A stretch of 64,000 nt of DNA from Pecten maximus (Eukaryota): positions 1,674,001 through 1,738,000 of the forward strand of contig NC_047015.1 of NCBI RefSeq assembly GCF_902652985.1. Reading direction: 5' to 3'. The notes under the pieces are model-generated. The model saw nothing but the letters and a program-made list of their open reading frames with translations. It had not been told where the DNA came from and ran no database searches. Below, one piece after another: positions 12,191 through 26,561 of this stretch (its first letter is position 1; each line of letters begins with the position of its first letter). Position numbers and translations under genes: made by a program.

Positions 12191-13834
12191 CTCTCATAAC
12201 TACTAGTACATGTATTTATAAAAAAGAAAACTGCATAATTCACAGGAAAACAACAAAAAGTGTGTAAAGTTTGATCTGTTTAATAATATGCCCATTGGTG
12301 ACCTGATGTAATGTGACAGTGTTAGTCACACATGTAAGGCGAGTAAATCACAAATCTCTTGATAATCATAAATATCTATTAACTAAAGTATTTGAAAGAT
12401 TAGAATAAATAATTAAGGATGGAAACTTACCAGTCAATCCCGGGACTGGCAAATATATTTAAAGATATGTAATCTTACACAGACATATGTTTTTGCCAAA
12501 AGTTGCCACAAAAGTAAACAAAATATATTCAGTTGGTTTTCATCAGTTGGATATGTATCCATGCCTGGAAACTGATCATGATCGGCCCTGGAACAGCCTA
12601 CAGCTGAACAAGACTCAATTCATAACAAAAACATGATTCAGGTTTTAAAACATGTGAATTATCGTCTGATGAAAGGTTTCAAAATTGATTTGTAAATACA
12701 AGTACTTTATATTTAATGTATATTTACTCATACTTTGATCTGGTTATCAAAGTTCTTTCAGCGATATTTAACGGAGACCTGGAATATACTGAATAGTATA
12801 GTATAGGTGTAACTACAGTGAATAATTACCTGTAATCCATGTAGAAATCTTAACGATTAGGTCAGATCAGTATGACATGAAATTCATACTTCCACAGAAA
12901 ACGTATACAATTTTCCCTAATGTGTTTATAAAATAATGATTGTATTGATATTTTCTATTAATAGAAAGCTCTTTCAAACAGAAGGATCGAAGAATTAATT
13001 TTTCAATTTACACATACTTTTTTTTCCTTTTTTTTTTTTTGTAAATTCCAGGTAGATAATTAAAACAATTCCTTTCCTACTCGGAAGTATAACAGGCAAT
13101 AATCTGGACCACATTAAAAACACTCCACATGTGTTACAATGATAAAAACAAAAGGTGAATCATGTTAATTACACGGGGATTGATTTCAAAAGATTAGGCT
13201 AAAAAAGTACAAATTTTATTTGTGAAATTGACAGTTTTCAACTGAATATCACACTCACTCTTGTACAGATGTAGTATACACGCTAATACACAGATGTAAC
13301 AGTCATTTATGGGTGGAATACCTCGCTTCATCTCAGTTGTGAGAACAATACGAGTACATGTATGATTGTATGATCCAGCAGCCTATTATTATTCATTCCT
13401 TGGTACCTTACAATCTGGTATTGTTATTTTTACTAATGACATGAATAACTTATACAGTTTACCAGTACATGTAAGCAAATATACAAACCGCTCACAGATA
13501 AAGTCTCAGACACTCGTTAAAAACCGCATCCTTGTCTCCTCACACCAATAACACAAGGCAATCTCTGTTATAGTATTCTTTGCATTTTTTTTTCATTTTC
13601 ACATAATATTAATCAGGACAAGAATTTTATAGACACATAATTCATAATCTACAGAATCTCAAAACTATTGAAACTAAAATATCCTATGAAAGATATCAAA
13701 TGTTATAGATTTGTCAAAAAAATTAAATGTACTTATAATCATACGGACATATATGCAACACTTTAACATTAGTTATTAATGTTCAACTCTAACAAGTGCT
13801 TTATGTGTGATATAAATTTAAACAACTGTAACTA

Positions 13835-13985
13835 TCTGGCAATATGCCCATATATGACAATAAGCCCATGCCCTGCAATAAGCCCATGTCTGGCAATAAG
13901 CCTATACCTGGCAATAAACCCATGTCTGGCAATATGTCCATATAATATATTATGACAATAAGCCCATGCCTGACAATAAGCTCTC
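13835..13985. repeat. Degenerate 18-bp tandem repeat (GCAATAAGCCCATGTCTG)
   Basis: About 7 imperfect copies. Confidence 0.8.
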
Positions 13986-14129
13986 CCAAATTTATTGTCT
14001 TTCAGCAGATATACTGTCTGTAATAAGCCTGGTCTCCTACTTTCAGTCAGGTATTGTGTATAAATACAGTAATTACCTGCCAAATACAAAAGTAACAAGG
14101 TAAATGTATAACTGACGTGTAGCTCTTAA

Positions 14130-17100
14130 CAGTGTATATCTCTATAGACAGTGTAGCTCTGTGTGTACCTCTATAGACAGTGTAGGTCTGTCTGTACCTC
14201 TATAGACAGTGTAGCTCTGTGTGTACCTCTATAGACAGTGTAGCTGTGTGTGTACCTCTATAGACAATGTAGCTCTGTGTGTACCTCTATAGACAGTGTA
14301 GCTGTGTGTACCTCTATAGACAGTGTAGGTCTGTGTCTACCTCTATAGACAGTGTAGCTCTGTGTGTACCTCTATAGACAGTGTAGCTCTGTGTGTACCT
14401 CTATAGACAATGTAGCTCTGTGTGTACCTCTATAGACAGTGTAGCTCTGTGTGTACCTCTATAGACAGTGTAAGTCTGTGTGTACCTCTATAGACAATGT
14501 AGCTGTGTGTGTACCTCTATAGACAGTGTAGCTCTGTGTGTACCTCTATAGACAATGTAGCTGTGTGTGTACCTCTATAGACAGTGTAGCTGTGTGTGTA
14601 CCTCTATAGACAGTGTAGCTGTGTGTGTACCTCTATAGACAGTGTAGCTGTGTGTGTACCTCTATAGACAGTGTAGCTATGTGTGTACCTCTATAGACAA
14701 TGTAGCTCTGTGTGTACCTCTATAGACAGTGTAAGTCTGTGTGTACCTCTATAGACAGTGTAGCTCTGTGTGTACCTCTATAGACAGTGTAAGTCTGTGT
14801 GTACCTCTATAGACAGTGTAGCTCTGTGTGTACCTCTATAGACAGTGTAAGTCTGTGTGTACCTCTATAGACAGTGTAAGTCTGTGTGTACCTCTATAGA
14901 CAGTGTAGCTCTGTGTTTACCTCTATAGACAGTGCAGCTCTGTGTACCTCTATAGACAGTGTAAGCTGTGTGTACCTCTATAGACAGTGTAGCTGCGTGT
15001 GTACCTCTATAGACAGTGTAGCTCTGTGTTTACCTCTATAGACAGTGTAGCTCTGTGTGTACCTCTATAGACAGTGTAGCTCTGTGTGTACCTCTATAGA
15101 CAGTGTAGCTCTGTGTGTACCTCTATAGACAGTGTAGCTCTGTGTGTTCCTCTATAGATAGTGTAGCTGTGTGTACCTCTATAGACAGTGTAGCTCTGTG
15201 TGTTCCTCTATAGATAGTGTAGCTGTGTGTACCTCTATAGACAGTGTAGCTCTGTGTGTTCCTCTATAGATAGTGTAGCTGTGTGTACCTCTATTGACAG
15301 TGTAGCTCTGTGTGTACCTCTATAGACAGTGTAAGTCTGTGTGTCTCTATAGACAGTGTAGCTCTGTGTGTACCTCTATAGACAGTGTAGCTCTGTGTGT
15401 ACCTCTATAGACAGTGTAGCTCTGTGTGTACCTCTATAGATAGTGTAGCTGTGTGTGTACCTCTATAGATAGTGTAGCTGTGTGTACCTCTATAGACAGT
15501 GTAGCTCTGTGTGTTCCTCTATAGACAGTGTAGCTGTGTGTACCTCTATAGACAGTGTAGGTATGTGTGTACCTCTATAGATAATGTAGGTCTGTGTGTA
15601 CCTCTATAGACAGTGTAGCTGTGTGTGTACCTCTATAGATAGTGTAGGTCTGTGTGTACCTCTATAGACAGTGTAGGTATATGTGTACCTCTATAGACAG
15701 TGTAGCTGTGTGTGTACCTCTATAGACAGTGTAGCTCTGTGTGTACCTCTATAGACAGTGTAGCTGTGTGTGTACCTCTATAGACAGTGTAGCTGTGTGT
15801 GTACCTCTATAGACAGTGTAGCTGTGTGTGTACCTCTATAGACAGTGTAGCTGTGTGTACCTCTATAGACAGTGTAGCTGTGTGTGTTTCTTTAGACAGT
15901 GTACCTCTGTGTGTACCTCTATAGACAGTGTAGTTGTGTGTGTTTCTTTAGACAGTGTAGCTCTGTGTGTACCTCTATAGACAGTGTAGCTCTGTGTGTA
16001 CCTCTATAGACAGTGTAGCTCTGTGTGTACCTCTATAGACATTGTAGCTCTGTGTGTACCTCTATAGACAGTGTAGCTCTGTGTGTACCTCTATAGACAG
16101 TGTAGGTCTGTGTGTACCTCTATAGACAGTGTAGCTGTGTGTACCTCTATAGACAGTGTAGCTCTGTGTGTACCTCTATAGACAGTGTAGCTGTGTGTAC
16201 CTCTATAGACAGTGTAGCTCTGTGTGTACCTCTATAGACAGTGTAGGTCTGTGTGTACCTCTATAGACAGTGTAGCTCTGTGTTTACCTCTATAGACAGT
16301 GTAGCTGTGTGTGTACCTCTATAGACAGTGTAGGTCTGTGTGTACCTCTATAGACAGTGTAGCTCTGTGTTTACCTCTATAGACAGTGTAGCTCTGTGTG
16401 TACCTCTATAGACAGTGTAGCTCTGTGTTTACCTCTATAGACAGTGTAGCTCTGTGTGTGTACCTCTATAGACAGTGTAGCTGTGTGTGTACCTCTATAG
16501 ACAGTGTAGCTCTGTGTGTACCTCTATAGACAGTGTAGCTCTGTGTTTACCTCTATAGACAGTGTAGCTGTGTGTGTACCTCTATAGACAGTGTAGCTCT
16601 GTGTGTACCTCTATAGACAGTGTAGCTCTGTGTTTACCTCTATAGACAGTGTAGCTCTGTGTGTACCTCTATAGACAGTGTAGGTCTGTGTGTACCTCTA
16701 TAGACAGTGTAGCTCTGTGTTTACCTCTATAGACAGTGTAGCTGTGTGTGTACCTCTATAGACAGTGTAGGTCTGTGTGTACCTCTATAGACAGTGTAGC
16801 TCTATGTTTACCTCTATAGACAGTGTAGCTCTGTGTGTACCTCTATAGACAGTGTAGCTCTGTGTTTACCTCTATAGACAGTGTAGCTCTGTGTGTGTAC
16901 CTCTATAGACAGTGTAGCTGTGTGTGTACCTCTATAGACAGTGTAGCTCTGTGTGTACCTCTATAGACAGTGTAGCTCTGTGTGTACTTCTATAGACAGT
17001 GTAGCTCTGTGTGTACCTCTATAGACAATGTAGCTCTGTGTACCTCTATAGACAGTGTAGCTCTGTGTGTACCTCTATAGACAGTGTAAGTCTGTGTGTG

Positions 17101-17287
17101 TACCTCTATAGACAGTGTAGCTCTGTGTGTACCTCTATAGACAGTGTAAGTCTGTGTGTGTACCTCTATAGACAGTGTAGCTGTGTGTGTACCTCTATAG
17201 ACAGTGTAGCTGTGTGTGTACCTCTATAGACAGTGTAGCTGTGTGAACCTCTATAGACAGTGTAGCTCTGTGTGTACCTCTATAGAC
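14130..17287. repeat. Minisatellite, 29-bp unit (CTCTATAGACAGTGTAGCTCTGTGTGTAC)
   Basis: About 110 copies; largest array in the window. Confidence 0.98.
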
Positions 17288-17344
17288 TGATTATTTAAAT
17301 ATATAGGCTGTGTACAGAGAGACAGAGACACAATCATTTCTGTT

Positions 17345-17935
17345 AGACATAGACACACACAGACACACACAAACACTGATGTTATCTCTACTGACATAGA
17401 CACACCCAGACACTGATATCATCTCTACTGACAGAGACACACACACTGATAGTATCTCTACTGACAGAGACACACACACTGATAGTATCTCTACTGACAG
17501 AGACACACACACTGATAGTATCTCTACTGACAGAGACACACAGAGACACACACAGACACTGATATCATCTCTACTGACATAGACACACACACTGATAGTA
17601 TCTCTACTGACAGAGACACACACACTGATAGTATCTCTACTGACAGAGACACACACAAACACTGATGTTATCTCTACTGACATAGACACACACACTGATA
17701 GTATCTCTACTGACAGAGACACACACAGAGACACAAACAAACACTGATATCATCTCTACTAACAAAGACACACACAAACACTGATGTTATCTCTACTGAC
17801 AGACACACACAGAGACACACACAGACACTGATATCATCTCTACTGACATAGACACACACAAATACTGATGTTATCTCTACTGACAGAGACACACACAGAG
17901 ACACACACAGAGACACACACAGAGACACACACAAA
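17345..17935. repeat. CA/GA-rich compound minisatellite (ACACTGATAGTATCTCTACTGACAGAGACAC...)
   Basis: Constant core with variable (AC)n spacers. Confidence 0.93.
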
Positions 17936-18144
17936 CACTTACTACTCACAACCCACTACAACAACTACTCCCAATTACATGATAACACAAATAAAATTAC
18001 AATTATCAGTGGAAAATCTAGTTTTTATGAAACAGAATTTTAAGAAGAATTTTTTTTTCTAAAATTACAACTATGATTTCTTAATTTTTTCTAAGAAAAT
18101 CAATCAAAATAAATCGCATATAAAAGTTGAAATGTATGCCTGTG

Positions 18145-19160
18145 ACACCTGTATACTGCCCACCTGTATATAGAGTACAGGTGTCGGCATAGGTACTGCC
18201 CACCTGTATATAGATTACAGGTGTCGGCATAGGTACTGCCCACCTGTATATAGAGTACAGGTATCGGCGTAGGTACTGCCCACCTGTATATAGAGTACAA
18301 ATGTCGACATAGGTACTGCCCACCTGTATATAGAGTACAGGTGTCGACGTAGGTACTGCCCACCTGTATATAGAGTACAAATGTCGACATAGGTACTGCC
18401 CACCTGTATATAGAGTACAGGTGTCGACATAGGTACTGCCCACCTGTATATAGAGTACAGGTGTCGACATAGGTACTGCCCACCTGTATATAGAGTACAG
18501 GTGTCGGCGTAGGTACTGCCCACCTGTATATAGATTACAGGTGTCGGCGTAGGTACTGCCCACCTGTATATAGAGTACAGGTGTCGGCGTAGGTACTGCC
18601 CACCTGTATATAGAGTACAAATGTCGACATAGGTACTGCCCACCTGTATATAGAGTACAAGTGTCGGCGTAGGTACTGCCCACCTGTATATAGAGTACAG
18701 GTGTCTGCGTAGGTACTGCCCACCTGTATATAGAGTACAGGTGTCGGCGTAGGTACTGCCCACCTGTATATAGAGTACAGGTGTGGGCGTAGGTACTGCC
18801 CACCTGTATATAGAGTACAAATGTTGACATAGGTACTGCCCACCTGTATATAGAGTACAGGTGTCGGCGTAGGTACTGCCCACCTGTATATAGAGCACAG
18901 GTGTCGGCGTAGGTACTGCCCACCTGTATATAGAGTACAGGTGTGGGGGTAGGTACTGCCCAACTGTATATAGAGTACAAGTATCGGCGTAGGTACTGCC
19001 CACCTGTATATAGAGTACAAGTATCGGCGTAGGTACTGCCCACCTGTATATAGAGTACAGGTATCGGCGTAGGTACTGCCCACCTGTATATAGAGTACAA
19101 GTGTCGACATAGGTACTGCCCACCTGTATATAGAGTACAGGTGTGGGGGTAGGTACTGCC
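18145..19160. repeat. Minisatellite, 40-bp unit (GTGTCGGCGTAGGTACTGCCCACCTGTATATAGAGTACAG)
   Basis: About 25 copies in exact register. Confidence 0.98.
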
Positions 19161-19424
19161 AACCTGGAATTTTTTTATGTTGATTTTGATCCAAGTGATT
19201 CATGTTAACATTCCCTCAATGTTAAGATGTCCACAACACCAGTTCTGATACAAGCTGACATTAATGGCGGGACTTTTTCACAATCATTTACACATATCAC
19301 AGACAGAAGTGAGCAAGTAGTCTTTTGTAGGTTCAGGGTTGTCTCAGTCAACTGTATGGCATTTATTTCTTTGTCTGAAACAATAGAGAATGTCTTTAAT
19401 AATGCTGAAATTTAAATTTAAAAA

Positions 19425-20790
19425 GAGATGACAATTATCAACAAAAGAGGTGACAATTATCAACAAAAGACGTGACAATTATCAACAAAAAAGGTGACAA
19501 TTATCAACAAAAGAGGTCACAATTATCGACAAGAGGTCACAATTATCGACAAAAGAGGTCACAATTATCGACAAAAGAGGTGACAATTATCAACAAAAGA
19601 GGTGACAATTATCAACAAAAGAGGTGACAATTATCAACAAAAAAGGTGACAATTATCAACAAAAGAGGTCACAATTATCGACAAAAGAGGTCACAATTAT
19701 CGACAAAAGAGGTCACAATTATCGACAAAAGAGGTCACAATTATCAACAAAGAGGTCACAATTATCGACAAAAGAGGTCACAATTATCAACAAAAGAGGT
19801 CACAATTATCGACAAAAGAGGTCACAATTATCAACAAAAGAGGTCACAATTATCAACAAAAGAGGTGACAATTATCAACAAAAGAGGTCACAATTATCAA
19901 CAAGAGGTCAAAATTATCAACAAAAGAGGTCACAATTATCGACAAAAGAGGTCACAATTATCAACAAAAGAGGTCACAATTATCGACAAAAGAGGTCACA
20001 ATTATCGACAAAAGAGGTCACAATTATCGACAAAAGAGGTCACAATTATCAACAAAAGAGGTCACAATTATCAACAAAAGAGGTGACAATTATCAACAAG
20101 AGGTCACAATTATCAACAAAAGAGGTCACAATTATCGACAAAAGAGGTCACAATTATCAACAAAAGAGGTGACAATTATCAACAAGAGGTCACAGTCATC
20201 AACAAAAGAGGTCACAATTATCGACAAAAGAGGTCACAATTATCAACAAAAGAGGTCACAATTATCGACAAAAGAGGTCACAATTATCGACAAAAGAGGT
20301 CACAATTATCAACAAAAGAGGTCACAATTATCAACAAAAGAGGTCACAATTATCGACAAAAGAGGTCACAATTATCAACAAGAGGTCAAAATTATCAACA
20401 AAAGAGGTCACAATTATCGACAAAAGAGGTCACAATTATCAACAAAAGAGGTCACAATTATCGACAAAAGAGGTCACAATTATCGACAAAAGAGGTCACA
20501 ATTATCAACAAAAGAGGTCACAATTATCGACAAAAGAGGTCACAATTATCGACAAAAGAGGTCACAATTATCGACAAAAGAGGTCACAATTATCAACAAA
20601 AGAGGTCACAATTATCAACAAAAGAGGTCACAATTATCAACAAAAGAGGTCACAATTATCGACAAAAGAGGTCACAATTATCAACAAAAGAGGTCACAAT
20701 TATCAACAAAAGAGGTCACAATTATCAACAAATGAGGTCACAATTATCAACAAAAGAGGTCACAATTATCAACAAAAGAGGTCACAATTA
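19425..20790. repeat. Minisatellite, 22-bp unit (AAAAGAGGTCACAATTATCAAC)
   Basis: About 60 copies. Confidence 0.98.
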
Positions 20791-20814
20791 ACAAACATAT
20801 GTGCCCTCTACTAG

Positions 20815-21602
20815 CCTACTCTTTCTGCCCTCAAACTGATTTCTGTTTGTACTGAATTCTTTCCCCTCTACTAGACTTCCCTGTATGCCCTTAAACTTGT
20901 TTCTGTATGTCATGAATTCTTTCCCCTCTACTTGACGTCTCGATCTGCCCTTAAACTGATTCTGTATGTACTGAATTCTTCCGCTCTACTAGACTTCTCT
21001 GTGTGCCCTCAAACTGACCTGTGTGTGTCCTGACCTCTCCCCACTTCTGACCTTCTACCCAATGCCTCTGTGAGCCCCCAAACTGACCTCCGTGTGTTCT
21101 GACCTTCTACCCAATGCCTCTGTGAGCCCCCAATCTGACCTCCGTGTGTTCTGACCTTCTACTCAATGCCTCTGTGAGCCCCCAAACTGACCTCCGTGTG
21201 TTCTGACCTTCTACCCAATGCCTCTGTGAGCCCCCAAACTGACCTCCGTGTGTTCTGACCTTCTACCCAATGCCTCTGTGAGCCCCCAAACTGACCCCTG
21301 TGTGTTCTGACCTTCTACCCGATGCCTCTGTGAGCCCCCAAACTGACCCCTGTGTGTTCTGACCTTCTACCCGATGCCTCTGTGAGCCCCCAAACTGACC
21401 CCTGTGTGTTCTGACCTTCTACCCAATGCCTCTGTGAGCCCCCAAACTGACCTCCGTGTGTTCTGACCTACCTGATGCCTCTGTGTGCCCTCAAACTGAC
21501 CTCTGTGTGTTTTGACCTCCTACCTGATGCCTCTGTGTGCCCTCAAACTGACCTCTATGTGTTTTGACCTTCTACCCGATTGCCTCTGTGTGCCCTCAAA
21601 CT
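20815..21602. repeat. Compound array downstream of the ERLIN stop codon: ~60-bp degenerate unit grading into a 52-bp unit
   Basis: Both parts share a TG.CCC.CAAACTGA core; the 52-bp unit is CTGACCTTCTACCCAATGCCTCTGTGAGCCCCCAAACTGACCTCCGTGTGTT. Confidence 0.92.
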
Positions 21603-21626
21603 ACCTTTGCATGACTTAACAGAAGT

Positions 21627-21845
21627 CTATGTGTGCCTGACCTCTAGTTGCCCTTTACTTGACTGATTTACTCTTTCACTGACCTCTTTACGTCCCGTGG
21701 ATTCTGCAGCTACAGCTGCTGATGAAACACCCCCAGTGTTCTGGTCCAAAAAGATGTCCGGGATGGCATTTCCAAAGTAGATTTTAGTGTTGCTAGCCAA
21801 GGCTTGGTACTTAACAAGCTCGAGGTACTCTGCTGATAACTTTGC
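21627..21845 (-). CDS. ERLIN1/2: ERLIN last coding exon ([32 protein letters not shown]...stop)
   Basis: Conserved EYL.L.KY.A.ASN.KIYFG..IP motif; the 10 exons total 1041 nt = 346 aa + stop. A cryptic GAG|GTCAGT donor near 21684 could alter the C-terminus. Confidence 0.88.
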   Translation of the reverse strand, partial: AKLSAEYLELVKYQALASNTKIYFGNAIPDIFLDQNTGGVSSAAVAAESTGRKEVSERVNQSSKGQLEVRHT

Positions 21846-22356
21846 CTGTACAAAGAAACAAAAGTCCCAAGTGATGAGGTCCAATATTACACATTATTTA
21901 TCGAATGTACACCACTTTCAGCTGATAAGGACCAATACTACACATTTCTTATCGACTGTACACCACTCTCAGATGACATTGACATCAATTTCAAAAAGCA
22001 TATAACAAATCTGAAGGGTCAGATCATATGTGAGACATATTGGAAACATGAGAGAAATATGTATCCATTCATTAAGATTTTATTTTATCAAAATGTGTTG
22101 TGTTACATTTGAGGAATGCATTGGTGATTAAACTTAAGAAAGCATAACATCACACCATCATCTTGCTTCAAGGCACCGATTCTTAAATGCAGAAAAGAAA
22201 GAATTTTTTTTATCAGAACTACCACCTAAACAACAGGACGGAATAATATTGAATGGCCAAATAAAGAATTTATTTTACAGCTGTGTAAAATATAACACAA
22301 TCAGCAATAAATCACAGAATACAGCACAGAATACAGCACAAAATACAGCAGCCTAC

Positions 22357-22436
22357 CTTATTGGATTCAGATTCTTTTTCAGCTGCATAAAACATGGCAT
22401 CACTCTTTGCCTTTTCTTTTGCTAAATGTGTTAAAT
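22357..22436 (-). CDS. ERLIN1/2: ERLIN coding exon 9 (DLTHLAKEKAKSDAMFYAAEKESESNK)
   Basis: Conserved erlin sequence; ttcag| acceptor and AAG|GTAGG donor; 80 nt. Confidence 0.92.
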
Positions 22437-22477
22437 CTGAAAATAATACAGAAGTGTAGGCATAAATTTATCAGGAG

Positions 22478-24272
22478 TGACAGGTGTAAGTATAACTGTA
22501 TATCATACACTACTAGTCCTATACCATACAGTAGGACAGGTGCACGTATAACTGTATATCGTACACTACTAGTCCTATACCATACAGTTGGACACGTGTA
22601 AGTATAACTGTATATCATACACTACTAGTCCTATACCATACAGTAGGACAGGTGTAAGTATAACTGTATATCATACACTACTAGTCCTATACCATACAGT
22701 AGGACAGGTGTAAGTATAACAGTATATCGTACACTACTAGTCCTATACCATACAGTAGGACAGGTGTAAGTATACTTGTATATCGTACACTACTAGTCCT
22801 ATACCATACAGTAGGACAGGTGTAAGTATAACTGTATATACACTACTAGTCCTATACCATACAGTAGGACAGGTGTAAGTATAACTGTATATCGTACACT
22901 ACTAGTCCTATACCATACAGTAGGACAGGTGTAAGTATAACTGTATATACACTACTAGTCCTATACCATACAGTAGGACAGGTGCACGTATAACTGTATA
23001 TCGTACACTACTAGTCCTATACCATACAGTAGGACACGTGTAAGTATAACTGTATATCATACACTACTAGTCCTATACCATACAGTAGGACAGGTGTAAG
23101 TATAACTGTATATCGTACACTACTAGTCCTATACCATACAGTAGGACAGGTGTAAGTATAACTGTATATCGTACACTACTAGTCCTATACCATACAGTAG
23201 GACAGGTGTAAGTATAACTGTATATCGTACACTACTAGTCCTATACCATACAGTAGGACAAGTGTAAGTATAACTGTATATCGTACACTACTAGTCCAAT
23301 ACCATACAGTAGGACAGGTGTAAGTATAACTGTATATCGTACACTTCTAGTCCTATACCATACAGTAGGACAGGTGTAAGTATAACTGTATATCATACAC
23401 TACTAGTCCTATACCATACAGTAGGACAGGTGTAAGTATAACTGTATATCGTACACTACTAGTCCTATACCATACAGTAGGACACGTGTAAGTATAACTG
23501 TATATCATACACTACTAGTCCTATACCATACAGTAGGACACGTGTAAGTATAACTGTATATCATACACTACTAGTCCTATACCATACAGTAGGACAGGTG
23601 TAAGTATAACTGTATATCATACACTACTAGTCCTATACCATACAGTAGGACAGGTGTAAGTATAACTGTATATCGTACACTACTAGTCCTATACCATACA
23701 GTAGGACAGGTGTAAGTATAACTGTATATCGTACACTACTAGTCCTATACCATACAGTAGGACAGGTGTAAGTATAACTGTATATCGTACACTACTAGTC
23801 CTATACCATACAGTAGGACAGGTGTAAGTATAACTGTATATCGTACACTACTAGTCCTATACCATACAGTAGGACAGGTGTAAGTATAACTGTATATCGT
23901 ACACTACTAGTCCTATACCATACAGTAGGACAGGTGTAAGTATAACTGTATATCGTACACTACTAGTCCTATACCATACAGTAGGACAGGTGTAAGTATA
24001 ACTGTATATCGTACACTACTAGTCCTATACCATACAGTAGGACAGGTGTAAGTATAACTGTATATCATACACTACTAGTCCTATACCATACAGTAGGACA
24101 GGTGTAAGTATAACTGTATATCGTACACTACTAGTCCTATACCATACAGTAGGACAGGTGTAAGTATAACTGTATATCGTACACTACTAGTCCTATACCA
24201 TACAGTAGGACAGGTGTAAGTATAACTGTATATGCACTACTAGTCCTATACCATACAGTAGCAGACAGGTGT
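22478..24272. repeat. Minisatellite, 56-bp unit (GACAGGTGTAAGTATAACTGTATATCGTACACTACTAGTCCTATACCATACAGTAG), ERLIN intron 8
   Basis: About 32 copies. Confidence 0.98.
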
Positions 24273-24906
24273 AATTATTGACTTTTCTAAAGTCCAGAAA
24301 TTTGAGATTTTAACCCAAAAATGCAGAAATCAAGGAAATATTTTCAGTGTAGTATGCTCCAATACCCATGCTACATCTATCATTGAGGTTTTGTAGGTCT
24401 AGCTTTGTCAGAAACAGCTAAATGTAAAATCTAAACATAGTTGACACCACCATAATAGTCAGAGAATCAAGGTCTATGTGCTGTCTTTACGACACGAGTC
24501 ATAGATGACACAAAAACAAACATTTAGCATTACCCTCGAATTAATCAATGTCTCACTGCCCTCCAATTAATCAATGTCCTGTTTTAATGTCCTGTAATGT
24601 ACTCGAATTATAATCAATGTTCTGTTGTCCTCAAAATAATTAATGTCCTGTTTTGTTGTTGGACAAGCCTTACATGGCATTTATCTGTCGTCATAAGTAC
24701 CATCAAATGGTAATATGCACCGTAGAGCTCACCCAAGACCATGTCAGACTTGGCTTATAATACTGGAGGTATGTGGTGCTTAAAATATAAAAATTCTAGC
24801 AATTGAACCCTGGTGTCTGCATGGATGAACAGTGTTACAAATCTCCTACATCTATCTGGCACCATCTAAAAATACGAAAAAAATACCACCAAATCAAACA
24901 CCTTAC

Positions 24907-24996
24907 CTTCAATTTCAGATATCTTTTTTTGAGATTCTTTCTCAGTAATTTTCTGTTCCCACTGAATTCTGGAGACCTCTGCCAGTTTCTCAGCCT
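24907..24996 (-). CDS. ERLIN1/2: ERLIN coding exon 8 (EAEKLAEVSRIQWEQKITEKESQKKISEIE)
   Basis: Conserved erlin sequence; ttag| acceptor and G|GTAAG donor; 90 nt. Confidence 0.93.
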
Positions 24997-25057
24997 CTAA
25001 ACAAACAAACAACAAATACAAATTACTACTGTATCACATCACATTCCTGGCAACAAC

Positions 25058-25875
25058 ATCCTCACACACCATTCCTCTTGGAGTACCTGTTGAAGCTATA
25101 ATTATACCTGTTGAAGCTCTAATTAATCCTCACACACCATTCCTCTTGAAGTACCTGTTGAAGCTCTTATTTATCCTCACACCATTCCTCTTGGAGTACC
25201 TGTTGAAGCTCTTATTTATCCACACACCATTCCTCTTGAAGTACCTGTTGAAGCTCTTATTTATCCACACACCATTCCTCTTGGAGTACCTGTTGAAGCT
25301 ATAATTATACCTGTTGAAGCTCTAATTTATCCTCACACACCATTCCTCTTGAAGTACCTGTTGAAGCTCTAATCCTCACACCTCTCCTCTTGAAGTACCT
25401 ATTGAAGCTCTTATTTATCCTCACACACTATTCCTCTTGAAGTACCTGTTGAAGCTCTTATTTATCCTCACACACTATTCCTCTTAAAGTACCTGTTGAA
25501 GCTCTTATCAATCCTCACACACAATTCCTCTTGAAGAACCTATTGAAGCTCTTATTTATCCTCACACACTATTCCTCTTGAAGTACCTATTGAAGATCTC
25601 ATTAATCCTCACACACCTCTCCTCCTGAAGAAACTGTTGAAGCTCTAATCAATCTTCACACACCATTTCTCTTGAAGAACCTGTTGAAGCTCTAATTAAT
25701 CCTCACACACCATTCCTCTTGAAGTACCTGTTGAAGCTCTTATTAATCCTCACACCATTCCTCTTGAAGTACCTGTTGAAGCTTTAATTAATCCTCACAC
25801 CATTCCTCTTGAAGAACCTGTTGAAGCTCTTATTAATCCTCACACCATTCCTCTTGAAGTACCTGTTGAAGCTCT
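25058..25875. repeat. Minisatellite, ~45-47-bp unit (CCTCACACACCATTCCTCTTGAAGTACCTGTTGAAGCTCTTATTTAT) filling ERLIN intron 7
   Basis: About 17 copies. Confidence 0.96.
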
Positions 25876-25895
25876 ATAATCAATAAACTGATTCA

Positions 25896-26114
<219 letters not shown>

Positions 26115-26428
26115 TCAGATAGGACTTTACAATAATTGTACCATGATAGGTCAATACTAAAAACAATTTAATCCCTCTAAACACATACATGTATACACCA
26201 AATCTTACAATCAAGGCAAATTCAAAAAGCCTCCGAAGCTGAAGGAATAAACACGAGTACATGAAACAGAACACTCTGATACATCGTGTGTCAGACCGAA
26301 CTTAAACTTTTAATGAAGATATCAATATTTGATTAAAGTATAGCTTGAGCTAGACAACATTTTAAAAACCTGCCCACCTGACAACAGGTTCTCTGAATGT
26401 GAATCTACAAACCTCTTATTTTACTTAC

Positions 26429-26561
26429 ATTGCTTCGTAGTTTTTACGAATCTGTTCTGGGATCTTCGGTTTGGTCACCCTGACTGCCTGCACAGTTAGG
26501 CCAGGTGCCATAGTGATGAGATCCTTCTGAAGGGCCACACGGAGGTTCTCATCAATTTGAT
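26429..26561 (-). CDS. ERLIN1/2: ERLIN coding exon 6 ([15 protein letters not shown]...[19 protein letters not shown])
   Basis: Conserved erlin sequence; tag| acceptor and AT|GTAAG donor; 133 nt. Confidence 0.94.

Noticed and set aside
18081-20735. Multiple long overlapping ORFs (up to 339 aa)
   Set aside because: They come from stop-free 40-bp and 22-bp tandem units read in several frames; there is no protein-like signal or splice context.
24330-24515. Possible 3' fragment of a second Helentron-type element (weak hairpin plus A tract); similar scraps near 30100 and 33600
   Set aside because: Too degenerate to delimit or classify without a repeat library search.
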